Below are positions 38,447 to 48,023 of a DNA stretch of 64,000 bases, piece by piece; the first letter of the stretch is position 1; each line of letters begins with the position of its first letter. Source of the DNA: Longimicrobiales bacterium (lineage in GTDB: Bacteria > Gemmatimonadota > Gemmatimonadetes > Longimicrobiales > Gaopeijiaceae); assembly GCA_965202805.1 (NCBI GenBank), contig OZ241869.1:2048001-2112000 (forward strand). Direction: 5' to 3'. The position numbers and the translations under genes are program-made. The notes beneath the pieces were generated by a model. That model ran no database searches, had not been told where the DNA came from, and saw nothing but the letters and a program-made list of their open reading frames with translations.

Positions 38447-39468
38447 GAGAGGGGAGGGACGGTAGCGGGGCCGCCGCCGGGGCTGCCGCGGGCGGGGAGG
38501 GCCACGGGCCGACGGGCGTGAACGGTGCGCCCTCGTACGCGGCCGTTCGCGGGGCGATGGCGGCGATGGCGGCGCTGCTCGCGATCACGGTCGCGTGGTG
38601 GGCACTGGCGCTCTGGCCGGTGGCGGGGGTCCCGCCGGCGTGGCTGGAGCGTGCCCGCCAGGTGTGCTTCAACGCGGGTCCCTCAGGTCTCCCCGACGCG
38701 TCCGGATGGATGCTCCTGGTGGGCCAGCCCATCGGCATGCTGGCGGTGCTGATGGTTGTCGCGGGGGATGCGGTGCGGGCGGGGCTGCGGCGGGCGCGGG
38801 GCAAACCGGCGGGCCGGGTTGCGCTCGCGGCGGCCGCCGGGGCGGTCGTGGCGGGGGCGGCGCTGGCCGGGGTGCGCGTCGCATCGGTTCCGGGGGACGC
38901 GGAGTGGCTGGAGGCCGCCCGCGCCGAGGTGCCCGCCACCTACCCGCGCCTGGACCGCCGCCTTCCGGCCATCGAGCTCGTCGACCAGCGCGGCGAAGCG
39001 TTCACGTGGGAGCGCATCGCGGGCCGCCCGGCGCTCCTCACCTTCGGCTTCGGGCACTGCGAGACCGTCTGTCCCATGACGGTCATGAACGCGCGCCGGG
39101 TCCAGGACCGGTTCCGGGGGGAGGGCCGGAAGATGGCGCTGGTGGTGATCACGCTCGATCCCTGGCGCGACACCCCGTCCCGGCTTCCCGCCCTGGCGCG
39201 ACAGTTCCACCTCGGCGGCGAGGGTTCGCATGCGAATGCGGAGGAAGGCGGCGAAGGCGGGGAGGGCGCGGGGTCCTTCCTGCTTTCCGGCTCGGTAGAT
39301 GAGGTCAACGCGGCGCTGGACGCGCTGCAGGTGGCTCGCGAGCGGGTGCCGCGCACGGGAGACATCGTGCACCCGGCTCTCGTGTACCTGCTGGACGCGG
39401 AGGGTACGGTGGCCTACGCCGCGAGCGCGCACGCCGACCTGATCGAGGAGCTGGCGCGCCGCATGTAG
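38443..39468 (+). CDS. SCO/SenC copper chaperone with N-terminal membrane domain
   Basis: 'LVDQRG', 'FGFGHCETVCP' (CxxxC), 'ITLDPWRDTP', 'IVHPALVYLLD'. Confidence 0.88.
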   Translation: MREGRDGSGAAAGAAAGGEGHGPTGVNGAPSYAAVRGAMAAMAALLAITVAWWALALWPVAGVPPAWLERARQVCFNAGPSGLPDASGWMLLVGQPIGMLAVLMVVAGDAVRAGLRRARGKPAGRVALAAAAGAVVAGAALAGVRVASVPGDAEWLEAARAEVPATYPRLDRRLPAIELVDQRGEAFTWERIAGRPALLTFGFGHCETVCPMTVMNARRVQDRFRGEGRKMALVVITLDPWRDTPSRLPALARQFHLGGEGSHANAEEGGEGGEGAGSFLLSGSVDEVNAALDALQVARERVPRTGDIVHPALVYLLDAEGTVAYAASAHADLIEELARRM

Positions 39469-39550
39469 AGTGCGTCCCCGGGCGCGGCCACGCTCGCCGC
39501 CGGCCGCGACCCGGGACGGACGAAGCTTCCCCCGACCGGGACGGACCAAC

Positions 39551-41197
39551 ATGAAGACGACACGAATCACGATGCGAGGATGGGCCCTGGCGGCCCGTGG
39601 ACGAACTTCCCGCGGTATTCGAGCCGGGATGCTCCTGGCCTCCGCCGCCGCGCTGGCGGATTCGGCACAGCTTGCGGCAGCGCAGGGACTCGCCGTGCCG
39701 GATCCCGTACTCGAGGGCATCTGGACCGAGGCGATGGAAAACTCGCAGATCGAGCCCATGGGACAGGTGCTGCTGGACGCCATCGGCCCGCGGCTCACCG
39801 GCTCGCCGCACATGGAGCGGGCCCAGGAATGGGCGGTCTCGATGCTGGCCGGCTGGGGCGTGGAGGCCCGCACCGAGGAGTACGGCACCTGGGAGGGATG
39901 GGACCGCGGAGCCAGCCACGTGGACCTGGTGTCGCCGCGGGTGCGCTCGCTGGAGGGGCGCATCCTGGCCTGGAGCCCCGGGACCGGAGGTGAGCCGGTG
40001 GAGGGCGGGGTCGCCGTCCTCCCGGAGATGCGCTCGCCGGCGGATTGGCAGGCGTTTCTGGGCTCGGTGAGCGGCAAGTGGGTGATGCTCTCCTTCCCGC
40101 AGCCGACCTGCCGCGCGGACGAGCAGTGGGTCGAGTTCGCGCAGGAGGGCTCGTACGAGACCATGGCCGAGGCGCGCTCCGGAGCCAACCGGGCGTTCAA
40201 CCAGAGCCTGGCCGCCACCGGATCGCGCGATCCGCGCCGCCGCGACCTGCACGCGCAGATCGAGGAGGCGGGCGCGCTCGGCATCGTGACCTCGCTCTGG
40301 CCGGGCTCCTACGGGACCACGCGCGTCTTCAACGCCTACAACCGCGAGGCGCCCACCTTCGAGCTGGGGTGCGAGGACTACGGGCTCGTCCATCGCCTGG
40401 CCGCCAACGGACAGGAGCCGGTGCTGCGTCTGACCGCGGAAGCCGAGAATCTGGGCGAAGTGCCGGTGTCGAACGTCATCGGCACCATCCCGGGGACCGA
40501 GCTCCCGGACGAGTACGTCATGCTCTCGGCCCACTTCGACTCGTGGGAGGGCGGATCGGGCGCCACCGACAACGCGACCGGCTCGCTGCTCATGCTCGAG
40601 ACCATGCGCATCCTGTCCGCCGTGTATCCGAACCCGAAGCGCACCATCCTCATCGGGCTCTGGAACGGGGAGGAACAGGGGCTCAACGGCTCGCGCGCCT
40701 TCAGCGAGGACCATCCCGAGGTGGTGGAGGGGCTGCAGGTGCTCTTCAACCAGGACAACGGCACCGGGCGGGTGGTGAACATCTCCGCCCAGGGGTTCAC
40801 GGAGGTGGGATCGTCGCTCGCGCGATGGCTGACGCGGGTTCCGGTCGAGGTCTCCGGTCACGTGAGCCTGAGGCTCCCGGGCAACCCCGGCGGAGGCGGC
40901 TCGGACTACGCCTCCTTCGTCTGCCACGGCGCGCCCGGCATCAACCTGAGCGCGCTGTCATGGGACTACGGGTCGCACACCTGGCACACCCACCGCGACA
41001 CCTTCGACAAGCTCGTCTTCGACGACCTGAAGAACAACGCGGTGCTGGCCGCCTCGCTGGTCTACCTGGCTTCCGAGGACGACCGGCGGGTGAGCCGCGA
41101 ACGGCGCGAGCTGATCATGGGGCTGGGGGGGACCGGCGGGCGCTGGCCGGAGTGTACGCCCGCGGTGCGGAGTTCGCTGGACAGCCAGCGGATGTAG
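39551..41197 (+). CDS. M28 family metallopeptidase (carboxypeptidase Q-like)
   Basis: 'IGPRLTGS', 'SAHFDSW...GATDNATG', 'GEEQGL', 'NQDNG', 'GSDY', 'WHTHRDT'. Confidence 0.9.
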   Translation: MKTTRITMRGWALAARGRTSRGIRAGMLLASAAALADSAQLAAAQGLAVPDPVLEGIWTEAMENSQIEPMGQVLLDAIGPRLTGSPHMERAQEWAVSMLAGWGVEARTEEYGTWEGWDRGASHVDLVSPRVRSLEGRILAWSPGTGGEPVEGGVAVLPEMRSPADWQAFLGSVSGKWVMLSFPQPTCRADEQWVEFAQEGSYETMAEARSGANRAFNQSLAATGSRDPRRRDLHAQIEEAGALGIVTSLWPGSYGTTRVFNAYNREAPTFELGCEDYGLVHRLAANGQEPVLRLTAEAENLGEVPVSNVIGTIPGTELPDEYVMLSAHFDSWEGGSGATDNATGSLLMLETMRILSAVYPNPKRTILIGLWNGEEQGLNGSRAFSEDHPEVVEGLQVLFNQDNGTGRVVNISAQGFTEVGSSLARWLTRVPVEVSGHVSLRLPGNPGGGGSDYASFVCHGAPGINLSALSWDYGSHTWHTHRDTFDKLVFDDLKNNAVLAASLVYLASEDDRRVSRERRELIMGLGGTGGRWPECTPAVRSSLDSQRM

Positions 41198-41265
41198 GGG
41201 GAGGGGCCGGAGGCCGACCGTCGCGACCGCGAAGACAAGAGCGCCTTCCGGCGGTTGACCGGGCC

Positions 41266-41398
41266 GCAAGACGGTTCTCCGATCGAACCGGGATGCGTCT
41301 TGCAAGTTTCCGTTCGATCCGCAAGTCATTTTGCAGTCTTGCGATCAAACCGATAATCGTCTTGCGAAATGCCGATCGTTCGCCGAATCGCAAGACGC
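41266..41398. repeat. Intergenic cluster of GTCTTGC/GCAAGAC motifs forming nested inverted repeats between convergent genes
   Basis: gcaagac 41266, gtcttgc 41297, gcaagtc 41321, gtcttgc 41336 and 41359, gcaagac 41390. Confidence 0.7.
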
Positions 41399-41426
41399 TC
41401 GCGGGCAGGCGGCCGTCCGCGAGCCG

Positions 41427-42653
41427 TCAGTCGTCCGCAGGCGGCCCGCCCCCGCCCCCCACCCATCGGTCGACCACCACCGAAGTAGTGATCTGCCCCC
41501 ACAGGTTGGTCACCGTGCGGAACATGTCGGGGATGCGGTCGATGCCGAGCAGGATGCCCAGCCCGCCCAGCGGCACTCCCGCCACGTCCAGGGCGGGCGC
41601 CATGGTGAAGATGCTCGCCGACGGCACCGGCGCGATGGTGAGCGCGACCAGGAAGACCGCGAGCACCGCCCCGCCGGCCGCGGCGAGCGGGAACGGCACC
41701 TCGAACAGGTGCGCCAGGAAGACCACCGCGGCCCCCTGGAAGAGCGCGCTGCCGGGCCGGTAGAGCGACGCGCCCAGCGGCAGCACCAGGTCGGCGACGT
41801 TGTCCGACACGCCCAGCTTCCCGCTCGCCTCCTGGAGCGACGCCGGGAGGGCGGCCACCGTGCTGGTGCTCGCAAACGCGATGGAGGTGGCCCCGAACAC
41901 GCCGGTCACGAAGCGCCCCGGGCCGATGCCGCCCACCCAGCGCAGCAACACCAGGAACACCCCGCCGGTGAACAGGACGAGCCCCGCGAGCACGGCCGCA
42001 ACGAAGATCGCCAGGCTCTGCACGAGGTCCCACCCGAGCTGCGCGGTCACCGGGGCGGCCAGCCCGAACACCCCCACCGGCGCGCACCAGAGCACCCACC
42101 AGACCAGCTTGACGAGCGTCGCGGAGACCGCCTCGGCGAAGGCGAGCAGCTGCTCCTTGTGCTTTCCGCCGAGCGCCGCCGCAGCCGCCCCGAAGAGCGC
42201 CGTGAACACGATCAGCGGGAGCAGGCTCCCCGCCGAGGCCGCCGCGAAGGGGTTGGGCGGCACCAGGGTCACGAGGAAGTCGACCACCCCGGGGATCTCG
42301 GGGGCGGCCTGGTCGCCCGCCGCCGGCATCGCGATGTCGGGCGCGAAACGCAGGAAGAAGGCCATGCTGGCCATCCCCAGCACGATCGCCGGCGGGGTGG
42401 TGATCCAGTAGAAGCCGAGGGTGGTGCCGCCCAGCCGCCCCAGCTTGCGCAGGTCGCCGAGGCGGGCCACCCCGATGAAGATGACCGCCATCACCAGCGG
42501 GATAACCACCATGCGGATGGCGTTCATGAAGACGGTGCCGATGGGAGCGGACGCCAGCGCCACGGCCATGAGGGCGTCCGACCCGGTGGCCGCGGCGAGC
42601 AGCCCGACCGCGAAACCCAGCACGAGCCCCGCGGCGATGAGGATGTGCAGCAT
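41427..42653 (-). CDS. Dicarboxylate/amino acid:cation symporter (DAACS)
   Basis: 'FMNAIRMVVIPLV', 'VPPNPF', 'AFASTSTVAALP', 'GIDRIPDMFRTVTN'. Confidence 0.92.
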   Translation of the reverse strand: MLHILIAAGLVLGFAVGLLAAATGSDALMAVALASAPIGTVFMNAIRMVVIPLVMAVIFIGVARLGDLRKLGRLGGTTLGFYWITTPPAIVLGMASMAFFLRFAPDIAMPAAGDQAAPEIPGVVDFLVTLVPPNPFAAASAGSLLPLIVFTALFGAAAAALGGKHKEQLLAFAEAVSATLVKLVWWVLWCAPVGVFGLAAPVTAQLGWDLVQSLAIFVAAVLAGLVLFTGGVFLVLLRWVGGIGPGRFVTGVFGATSIAFASTSTVAALPASLQEASGKLGVSDNVADLVLPLGASLYRPGSALFQGAAVVFLAHLFEVPFPLAAAGGAVLAVFLVALTIAPVPSASIFTMAPALDVAGVPLGGLGILLGIDRIPDMFRTVTNLWGQITTSVVVDRWVGGGGGPPADD

Positions 42654-42888
42654 GGGAGTACTCCGGGCTGGAGTTCGGGCGCCGGCGGCTGGACCGCGCC
42701 GGCGGGGCTGCACCGATGCTACGCCGCGGCCTTTCCGCCCGGCAACCCCACCCCTGCTGCAACACCGCCGCCTTCAGCCGCCACCGGTCGGCGCCTCCGC
42801 GCGTCCCGGGTCGCGCAGCGCTTGCCTCCCGTCCAATCGCAGCGGAACCGGTGTATCTTCCTCCAGCCCCCAACCCGGAGACCCGCCC

Positions 42889-43299
42889 GTGAACGATCCG
42901 TACTTCCTCGCGATCGCCGTCCTCGGCGGCCTTCTCGCCCTCGCCGCCCTCGTCCTCGCCATCGTGCTGCGGCGCTACACCCGGCTGCGTCTGGAGCTGC
43001 CGGCCAGGCTGCGGGAGGCGCGGGAGGACGCGGTGGCGCGCAGCACGGCGGTCACGCGCGGGCAGGCGTTCGAGCACCTGGCGCCCTTCATGGACGACTT
43101 CGGCTACCATCCCCGCGACGCCCGCTTTCTGGGGAGCCCCATCGACCTCGTCGTATTCGACGGCCTCGGCGAGGCGGATGTGCGCGAGATCGTCTTCGTG
43201 GAGGTCAAGACGGGCCGTTCCCGCCTGAGCGCGCGTGAGCGGGCGGTGCGGAAAGCCGTGCTCGAACGGCGGGTGAGGTGGCGAGAGCTGCGGGCCTGA
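42889..43299 (+). CDS. Holliday junction resolvase-like endonuclease (Endonuc_Holl) with N-terminal TM
   Basis: 'GQAFEHLAPF', 'DARFLGSPIDLVVFDGL', 'VFVEVKTG' PD-(D/E)xK; GTG start. Confidence 0.85.
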   Translation: MNDPYFLAIAVLGGLLALAALVLAIVLRRYTRLRLELPARLREAREDAVARSTAVTRGQAFEHLAPFMDDFGYHPRDARFLGSPIDLVVFDGLGEADVREIVFVEVKTGRSRLSARERAVRKAVLERRVRWRELRA

Positions 43300-43312
43300 C
43301 TAAGATACTCGC

Positions 43313-45091
43313 ATGACATACGAAATCGTGTTCGTGCTTGTGGTTGCGGCGGCGGCCCTGGTGCTCTTCGCCATGGACCGCATCCGGCTCGACCAGCTCT
43401 CCATGTCGGTTCCGGTGGTGCTCCTGCTGGGCGGGATCATCGGTCCGCGCGAGGCGCTTTCGGGCCTCTCCAGCGAGGCCACCGTAACCGTGGCGGCGAT
43501 GCTGGTGCTCGGCCTCGGGCTGCGCAAGACGGGGCTGGTGGCGGCGATCGGCATCTGGGCGCGCACGGCGCCGCTGGGCGGCAAGACCCTGCGCATGTTC
43601 ATCCTCTGCCTGCTGGTGGCCTTTCTGTCGCCGTTCCTGAACAACACCGCGGTGGTGATCGTGTTCATACCGGTGTTCGCGGCGCTCGCGGACCAGGCCG
43701 ACGAGCCGGTCTCGCTGTACCTGATGCCGCTGTCGTTCGTGGCCATCATGGGGGGAACGGTCACCCTCATCGGGACCGCCACCAACCTGGTCGTGCACGG
43801 GGAGGCGGTCGCGCGCGGGTTCGACGAGCTGACCATGTTCTCCATCGCGCCGGTGGGGCTGATCTGCCTGGCGGTGGGGATGCTCTACCTCTTCACCATC
43901 GGACGGCGCCAGATGCCCCGCCGGGAGCGGCCGCCGGACCTGTCCAGCCGCTACGGCGTGCGCCGGTTCACGACCGAGCTGCGGGTGGGACAGGGCTCGC
44001 CCGCGGCCGGGCGCACGCTGGCCGAGTTGCGATGGGGCGAGCGCTTCGACGTCGTGGTCGTGGGGATCGAGCGCGCTGGACGGACCATCTCCCTCCCCGC
44101 CGGCGAGCGCGTCATCGAGGCCGGGGACAGGCTCTACGCCCAGGGCGCGGCGGACAACCTGCTGAGTCTCGCCCAGGTGCAGCGACTGGATACGCCCGAA
44201 GGGAAGCCGCCTCAGGCGGCGAGTGAGAATGTCGTCGGGGGACGCATGGTGGAGGTCATCATGGGGCCGGGTTCGGCGCTCGTGGGGCGGACGCTGAAGG
44301 ATCTCTCCTTTGCCCAGCGCTACGACGTGACCGTTCTCGGGGTCCAGAGCCACGGCACGACCGTCACCGACCGGATCGCCCAGATGGAGTTCTCCGTGGG
44401 CGACATCATCCTGGTGCGCGGGGAGGCGGGCGCGCTCGATCGCCTGGCCGACGAGCCGGGCTTCATCCTGATGGCCGAGGTGGACCACCCGGTGGGCAGC
44501 CGGCCGCGCGCAGCCTTCGCGGCCGCCATCATGGCCGGGGTGGTGCTGGTCGCGAGCGTCGGCCTCTTCCCGATCTCCACCTCGGCCATGGCCGGGGTGG
44601 CGCTCATGGTGTTCACGGGGTGCGTGCGCGTCAACGAGATCTACGCGGAGCTGGACTGGCTGGTGGTGTTCGTGATGGCCGGGCTCATCCCGCTTGGGCT
44701 GGCGATGGAGTCGTCGGGCGCGGCCGCCTGGATCGCCTCGGGCGTGGTGGACGCGACCTCCGGGCTCGGCGAGACCGGGATGATCGGGGCGTTCTACCTG
44801 CTGACGGCGGTCATGACCGCTGTGGTGGCCAACACCGCCACGGCAGTGATGCTCACCCCGGTCGCCATCCTGGTGGCGGAGAATGCAGGACTCAACCCCT
44901 ACGCCCTGCTGGTGACGGTCATGTTCGGGGCCTCGGCCTCCTTCGTCACCCCCTTCGGCTACAAGACCAACGTGATGGTCTACTCTCCAGGCGGATACCG
45001 CTTCATGGACTTCGTGAAGGTGGGAGGCCCGCTCAACCTGCTGCTCGCCATCGTAGCCTCGATCTGCATCCCGTTCTTCTGGCCGAGCTGA
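43313..45091 (+). CDS. SLC13/CitMHS family permease with two TrkA-C domains
   Basis: 'FLNNTAVV', 'GGTVTLIGTATNLVV', TrkA-C 'GSPAAGRTL' and 'GSALVGRTL', 'TPFGYKTN...GGYRFMDF'. Confidence 0.92.
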   Translation: MTYEIVFVLVVAAAALVLFAMDRIRLDQLSMSVPVVLLLGGIIGPREALSGLSSEATVTVAAMLVLGLGLRKTGLVAAIGIWARTAPLGGKTLRMFILCLLVAFLSPFLNNTAVVIVFIPVFAALADQADEPVSLYLMPLSFVAIMGGTVTLIGTATNLVVHGEAVARGFDELTMFSIAPVGLICLAVGMLYLFTIGRRQMPRRERPPDLSSRYGVRRFTTELRVGQGSPAAGRTLAELRWGERFDVVVVGIERAGRTISLPAGERVIEAGDRLYAQGAADNLLSLAQVQRLDTPEGKPPQAASENVVGGRMVEVIMGPGSALVGRTLKDLSFAQRYDVTVLGVQSHGTTVTDRIAQMEFSVGDIILVRGEAGALDRLADEPGFILMAEVDHPVGSRPRAAFAAAIMAGVVLVASVGLFPISTSAMAGVALMVFTGCVRVNEIYAELDWLVVFVMAGLIPLGLAMESSGAAAWIASGVVDATSGLGETGMIGAFYLLTAVMTAVVANTATAVMLTPVAILVAENAGLNPYALLVTVMFGASASFVTPFGYKTNVMVYSPGGYRFMDFVKVGGPLNLLLAIVASICIPFFWPS

Positions 45092-45496
45092 GCTGCCGCG
45101 AGCCGACCCCGGACCCGCCGCGCGGATCAGGCCTCGCTTCACAAATCCCGCACTCTGGCGAGAGATCCGGGATATGCGTACTGGCGCGGAGTGGGCCGAC
45201 GTTGTGCCTCTGCGCGCGCCCGTCGACCGCAGAGGATCGGCGTACACCCCGCCGGACGCCTGGGCGTTCGACACATGGGCGACTCGAGACGCCGCCGGAC
45301 GATCGGTGAACGGCGGGACGCGCAACGCCATCCGAAACGGGACTCTGTCCCCGCTACTCGCGATGGCGATTGATATGGACCAGCCAGCCGACACCACCCG
45401 CCACCTCCCCCTGGAACGCCTGACGAGCGATCACGTATGGTGCGGACAAGTGATCCGCATCCCCAACGAGGAGGCTGAATGTCTGAGGAACGAGGT

Positions 45497-45643
45497 GTGA
45501 CGTGGGTGGTGGTTGCGAGGACGTTCGTGTCCGTCGGGATCCTGCTGGCCCTCTGGCTGCAGACCCTCGCGAACGGACGAGCGATCGAAGCGTTGCGGGT
45601 GGAGCTGAGCGAGGCGCTGGCGCAGGTGGAGGCGCAGGACTAA
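45497..45643 (+). CDS. Small 48-aa TM + coiled-coil protein (below ORF-track cutoff)
   Basis: GTG..TAA: MTWVVVARTFVSVGILLALWLQTLANGRAIEALRVELSEALAQVEAQD; GAGGA upstream. Confidence 0.5.
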   Translation: MTWVVVARTFVSVGILLALWLQTLANGRAIEALRVELSEALAQVEAQD

Positions 45644-45662
45644 GGGACGCAGGACGGGTCTC

Positions 45663-46913
45663 TTACGGCCCCAGCGCCCCGATCGGAATCACGCTCACCC
45701 CGTCTTCCCGCGTGTAGCCGTAGCCGCTGCTCACGATCACACCGAGCGCTGCCGGCTCGCCCATGCGCTTCGGGTCCACCCGTTGCGCCAGTCGCAGCAG
45801 GTTGGCGGCTCCCGCGTCCGCCCGGCCCTCGCCAAGCTTGACCTCGAAGGCCGCCCAGCGGCCGTCGTTGGCCTGCACGATCGCGTCCACCTCCAGACCG
45901 CCCTTCTCGCGGTAGTGGAAGACCTCGGCATCGGCGGCCTGGGCATAGACGCGCAGATCCCGGATCACCATCGACTCGAAGAGGAGCCCAAGGAAGTCGA
46001 GGTCGCGAAGCAGCCGAGGAGGCGTCGCGCGGACGGCGGCCACGGCGAGCGACGGGTCCGCAAGGTGCCGGACCGGCTTGCTCCTCAGAACCGATCTCGA
46101 TCTCAGATGCGTGGGCCATGACGGCTGGTTCTCCACGATCATGATGCGCTCCAGCGCTCGAAGGTAGTCCGCCGCGGTGTGCTCCCTGATGGCGGACATG
46201 CCTTCGCCGGTGTCCGAGGCGAGGGTTGCGGTCGCCACGGGTGTCGCGACGTTCCTCGCCAGAGACCGAAGGAGCATGCCCACCCGCACAGGGTCTCGCT
46301 TTCTGCCATCGCCATTGGCGATGTCGAGGCGCCGGATCTCGTCGAGGTGATCCCTGTTGGCACGGAGCGCCGTTTGCGTGCTGCGCCCAAGGTTGACGGG
46401 CCAGCCGCCTACGCAGATCAGCGCCGCCAGGTCATCGAGGAGGACTACCGATCTGCCTGCCCTGGCGGGCGTCCCTTCCAGGAGACCGGCCAGCGAAATT
46501 TCGCCGGACGAATGACCCAACTCGAACAGTGAGAGCGGGCGCATGCGGAGACGCGTCAGGCGTCCGGCACCGGTATGTCGGGTGGCGTCGTCAGCCGGCA
46601 CCGCCGAACCGGTGAGGATGAACTGACCCGGCTGGCGCCGATCGTCCACGGCCCTGCGCACGTGGTTCCAGATCGCCGGCTCCAGCTGCCATTCGTCGAT
46701 CAACCGCGGGACGTTGCCGACCAGCACGCGGGCCGGTTCGAGGCTGGCCAGGCGTCGCGCCACATCGTCGACGTCGAGCCTCACTTCGCTGGCGGCGATC
46801 TGCTGCGCCGTGGTGGTCTTTCCGCAGGCCCGAGGGCCCTCAATCACGACTGCGCCGGTGGCCTGCAAGCGCTCCGCCAGTTCGCGGTCGACGATTCTGG
46901 GCTGGTAAGTCAA
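45663..46913 (-). CDS. AAA_14 + DUF4143 ATP-binding protein (second, divergent paralogue)
   Basis: 'YQPRIVD', 'GPRACGKT', 'LIDEWQ', 'FILTGSA', 'HTGAGR', 'LADPSLA', 'EVDAIV...FEVKLG'; TTG start assumed. Confidence 0.9.
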   Translation of the reverse strand: MTYQPRIVDRELAERLQATGAVVIEGPRACGKTTTAQQIAASEVRLDVDDVARRLASLEPARVLVGNVPRLIDEWQLEPAIWNHVRRAVDDRRQPGQFILTGSAVPADDATRHTGAGRLTRLRMRPLSLFELGHSSGEISLAGLLEGTPARAGRSVVLLDDLAALICVGGWPVNLGRSTQTALRANRDHLDEIRRLDIANGDGRKRDPVRVGMLLRSLARNVATPVATATLASDTGEGMSAIREHTAADYLRALERIMIVENQPSWPTHLRSRSVLRSKPVRHLADPSLAVAAVRATPPRLLRDLDFLGLLFESMVIRDLRVYAQAADAEVFHYREKGGLEVDAIVQANDGRWAAFEVKLGEGRADAGAANLLRLAQRVDPKRMGEPAALGVIVSSGYGYTREDGVSVIPIGALGP

Positions 46914-47020
46914 GTTGGTACCGGCATGGGGGCAGGCGAATCCGGTTGATCGAAGATGGCCGGGGGTCTGTCGGGCGCAGGCGCACGAGGATGGTAACCG
47001 TAGGGAAGACTTCGGAAAAG

Positions 47021-47112
47021 GTGTCAGCGTCAGATTCGGCATCGTATCAGCGTCAGAAATAGCGTATTACCGACGACAGAAATATCTCATCGTCAACGTC
47101 AGAAATGGCGCA
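47021..47112. repeat. 4 x 23-bp degenerate direct repeats (core CGTCAGAAAT) upstream of DUF4143 ATPase
   Basis: Cores at 47028, 47051, 47074 and 47097, exact 23-bp period. Confidence 0.8.
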
Positions 47113-47205
47113 GACGGGCGGAGAGTTTCAGCTGAAACTCTCCTGGGCTCGTCGATCCCCGCGCCAATCAGGGCCCGGCAGGCGGCCACCCGCTGAGCCG
47201 TCCGC

Positions 47206-47802
47206 TCAGGAACCCTCCCTCGGCGCCAGGCTGAACGGTTCCCGCGCGAACACCCGGCGCACCATCGGCTCGAAGAACTCCAGCGGCAGCGACTCATAGT
47301 CGGGATCGAACGCGCACTGGTCCCAGCGGTGACAGAAGTCCACGGCGTCCTGATACCAGGGATGGTCGCGGTACTTGTCGCGAGCGTTGCGGTCGCCGCC
47401 CATGTGATGGGCGTAGTAGTAGTACTGGAACAGGCCGTGGTGGCGGACGATCCAGTGGGTTCGTTCGGTCACGTAGGGGCGGAGCAGCAGCGCGGACAAC
47501 TCGCCGTGGCTGTGAGGGGCCAGGAGGTCGTCCATGTCGTGGAGAAGCGCCGCCACCACCATCTCCTCTTCCGCGCCGTCGCGATGGGCGCGGGTCGCGG
47601 TCTGCAGCGAATGCTCCAGCCGGTCGACCTGGTAGCCGGAGAGCGAACCCGACAGCTCGCGGAGATGCGCCAGCACCCGGTCGGCGGTACCGGCGGCGAA
47701 CTCCTCCTCGAGTTCGTCGAGCAGCTCGTAGTCCTCGCGGGTGCCGTCCGCCATGCGGGTGAAGCTCACCACGGGGCCGCCGGGCCTTGCCATGTCGTCC
47801 AT
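47206..47802 (-). CDS. HD-domain metalloenzyme (PhnZ/TmpB/MIOX-like di-iron oxygenase candidate)
   Basis: 'LEHSLQTA', 'AALLHD', 'HSHG', 'RHHG', 'WDQ' give an H...HD...H...H...D ligand set. Confidence 0.8.
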   Translation of the reverse strand: MDDMARPGGPVVSFTRMADGTREDYELLDELEEEFAAGTADRVLAHLRELSGSLSGYQVDRLEHSLQTATRAHRDGAEEEMVVAALLHDMDDLLAPHSHGELSALLLRPYVTERTHWIVRHHGLFQYYYYAHHMGGDRNARDKYRDHPWYQDAVDFCHRWDQCAFDPDYESLPLEFFEPMVRRVFAREPFSLAPREGS

Positions 47803-48023
47803 TGCGCGTCACTCCCGCGATGAGGGCTCCTGGTCACGCAGCGTGCGCCGAAGCGCAGAGATGTGTCAAGCGGGCGCCGGCTTGCCCGGACCGGGGACCG
47901 ATCCTGATGGGACCACCCCCCTCGGAGCCGGTGCTTGACGCGCGCGCCATGGGTGCACTCTGATACTCCATAGTGGCCGGGTGCGCTCCGCCCCGGGCTT
48001 CGACGGACCTGAGGAGGCCTACC

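Noticed and set aside
42889..43299. Prophage or mobile element around the resolvase-like gene
   Set aside because: Flanked by transporters, with no integrase, structural genes or att-like repeats
47803..48023. Glycine riboswitch (CGCCGAAG motif)
   Set aside because: Other conserved elements (GGAGA...CTCTCAGG) absent
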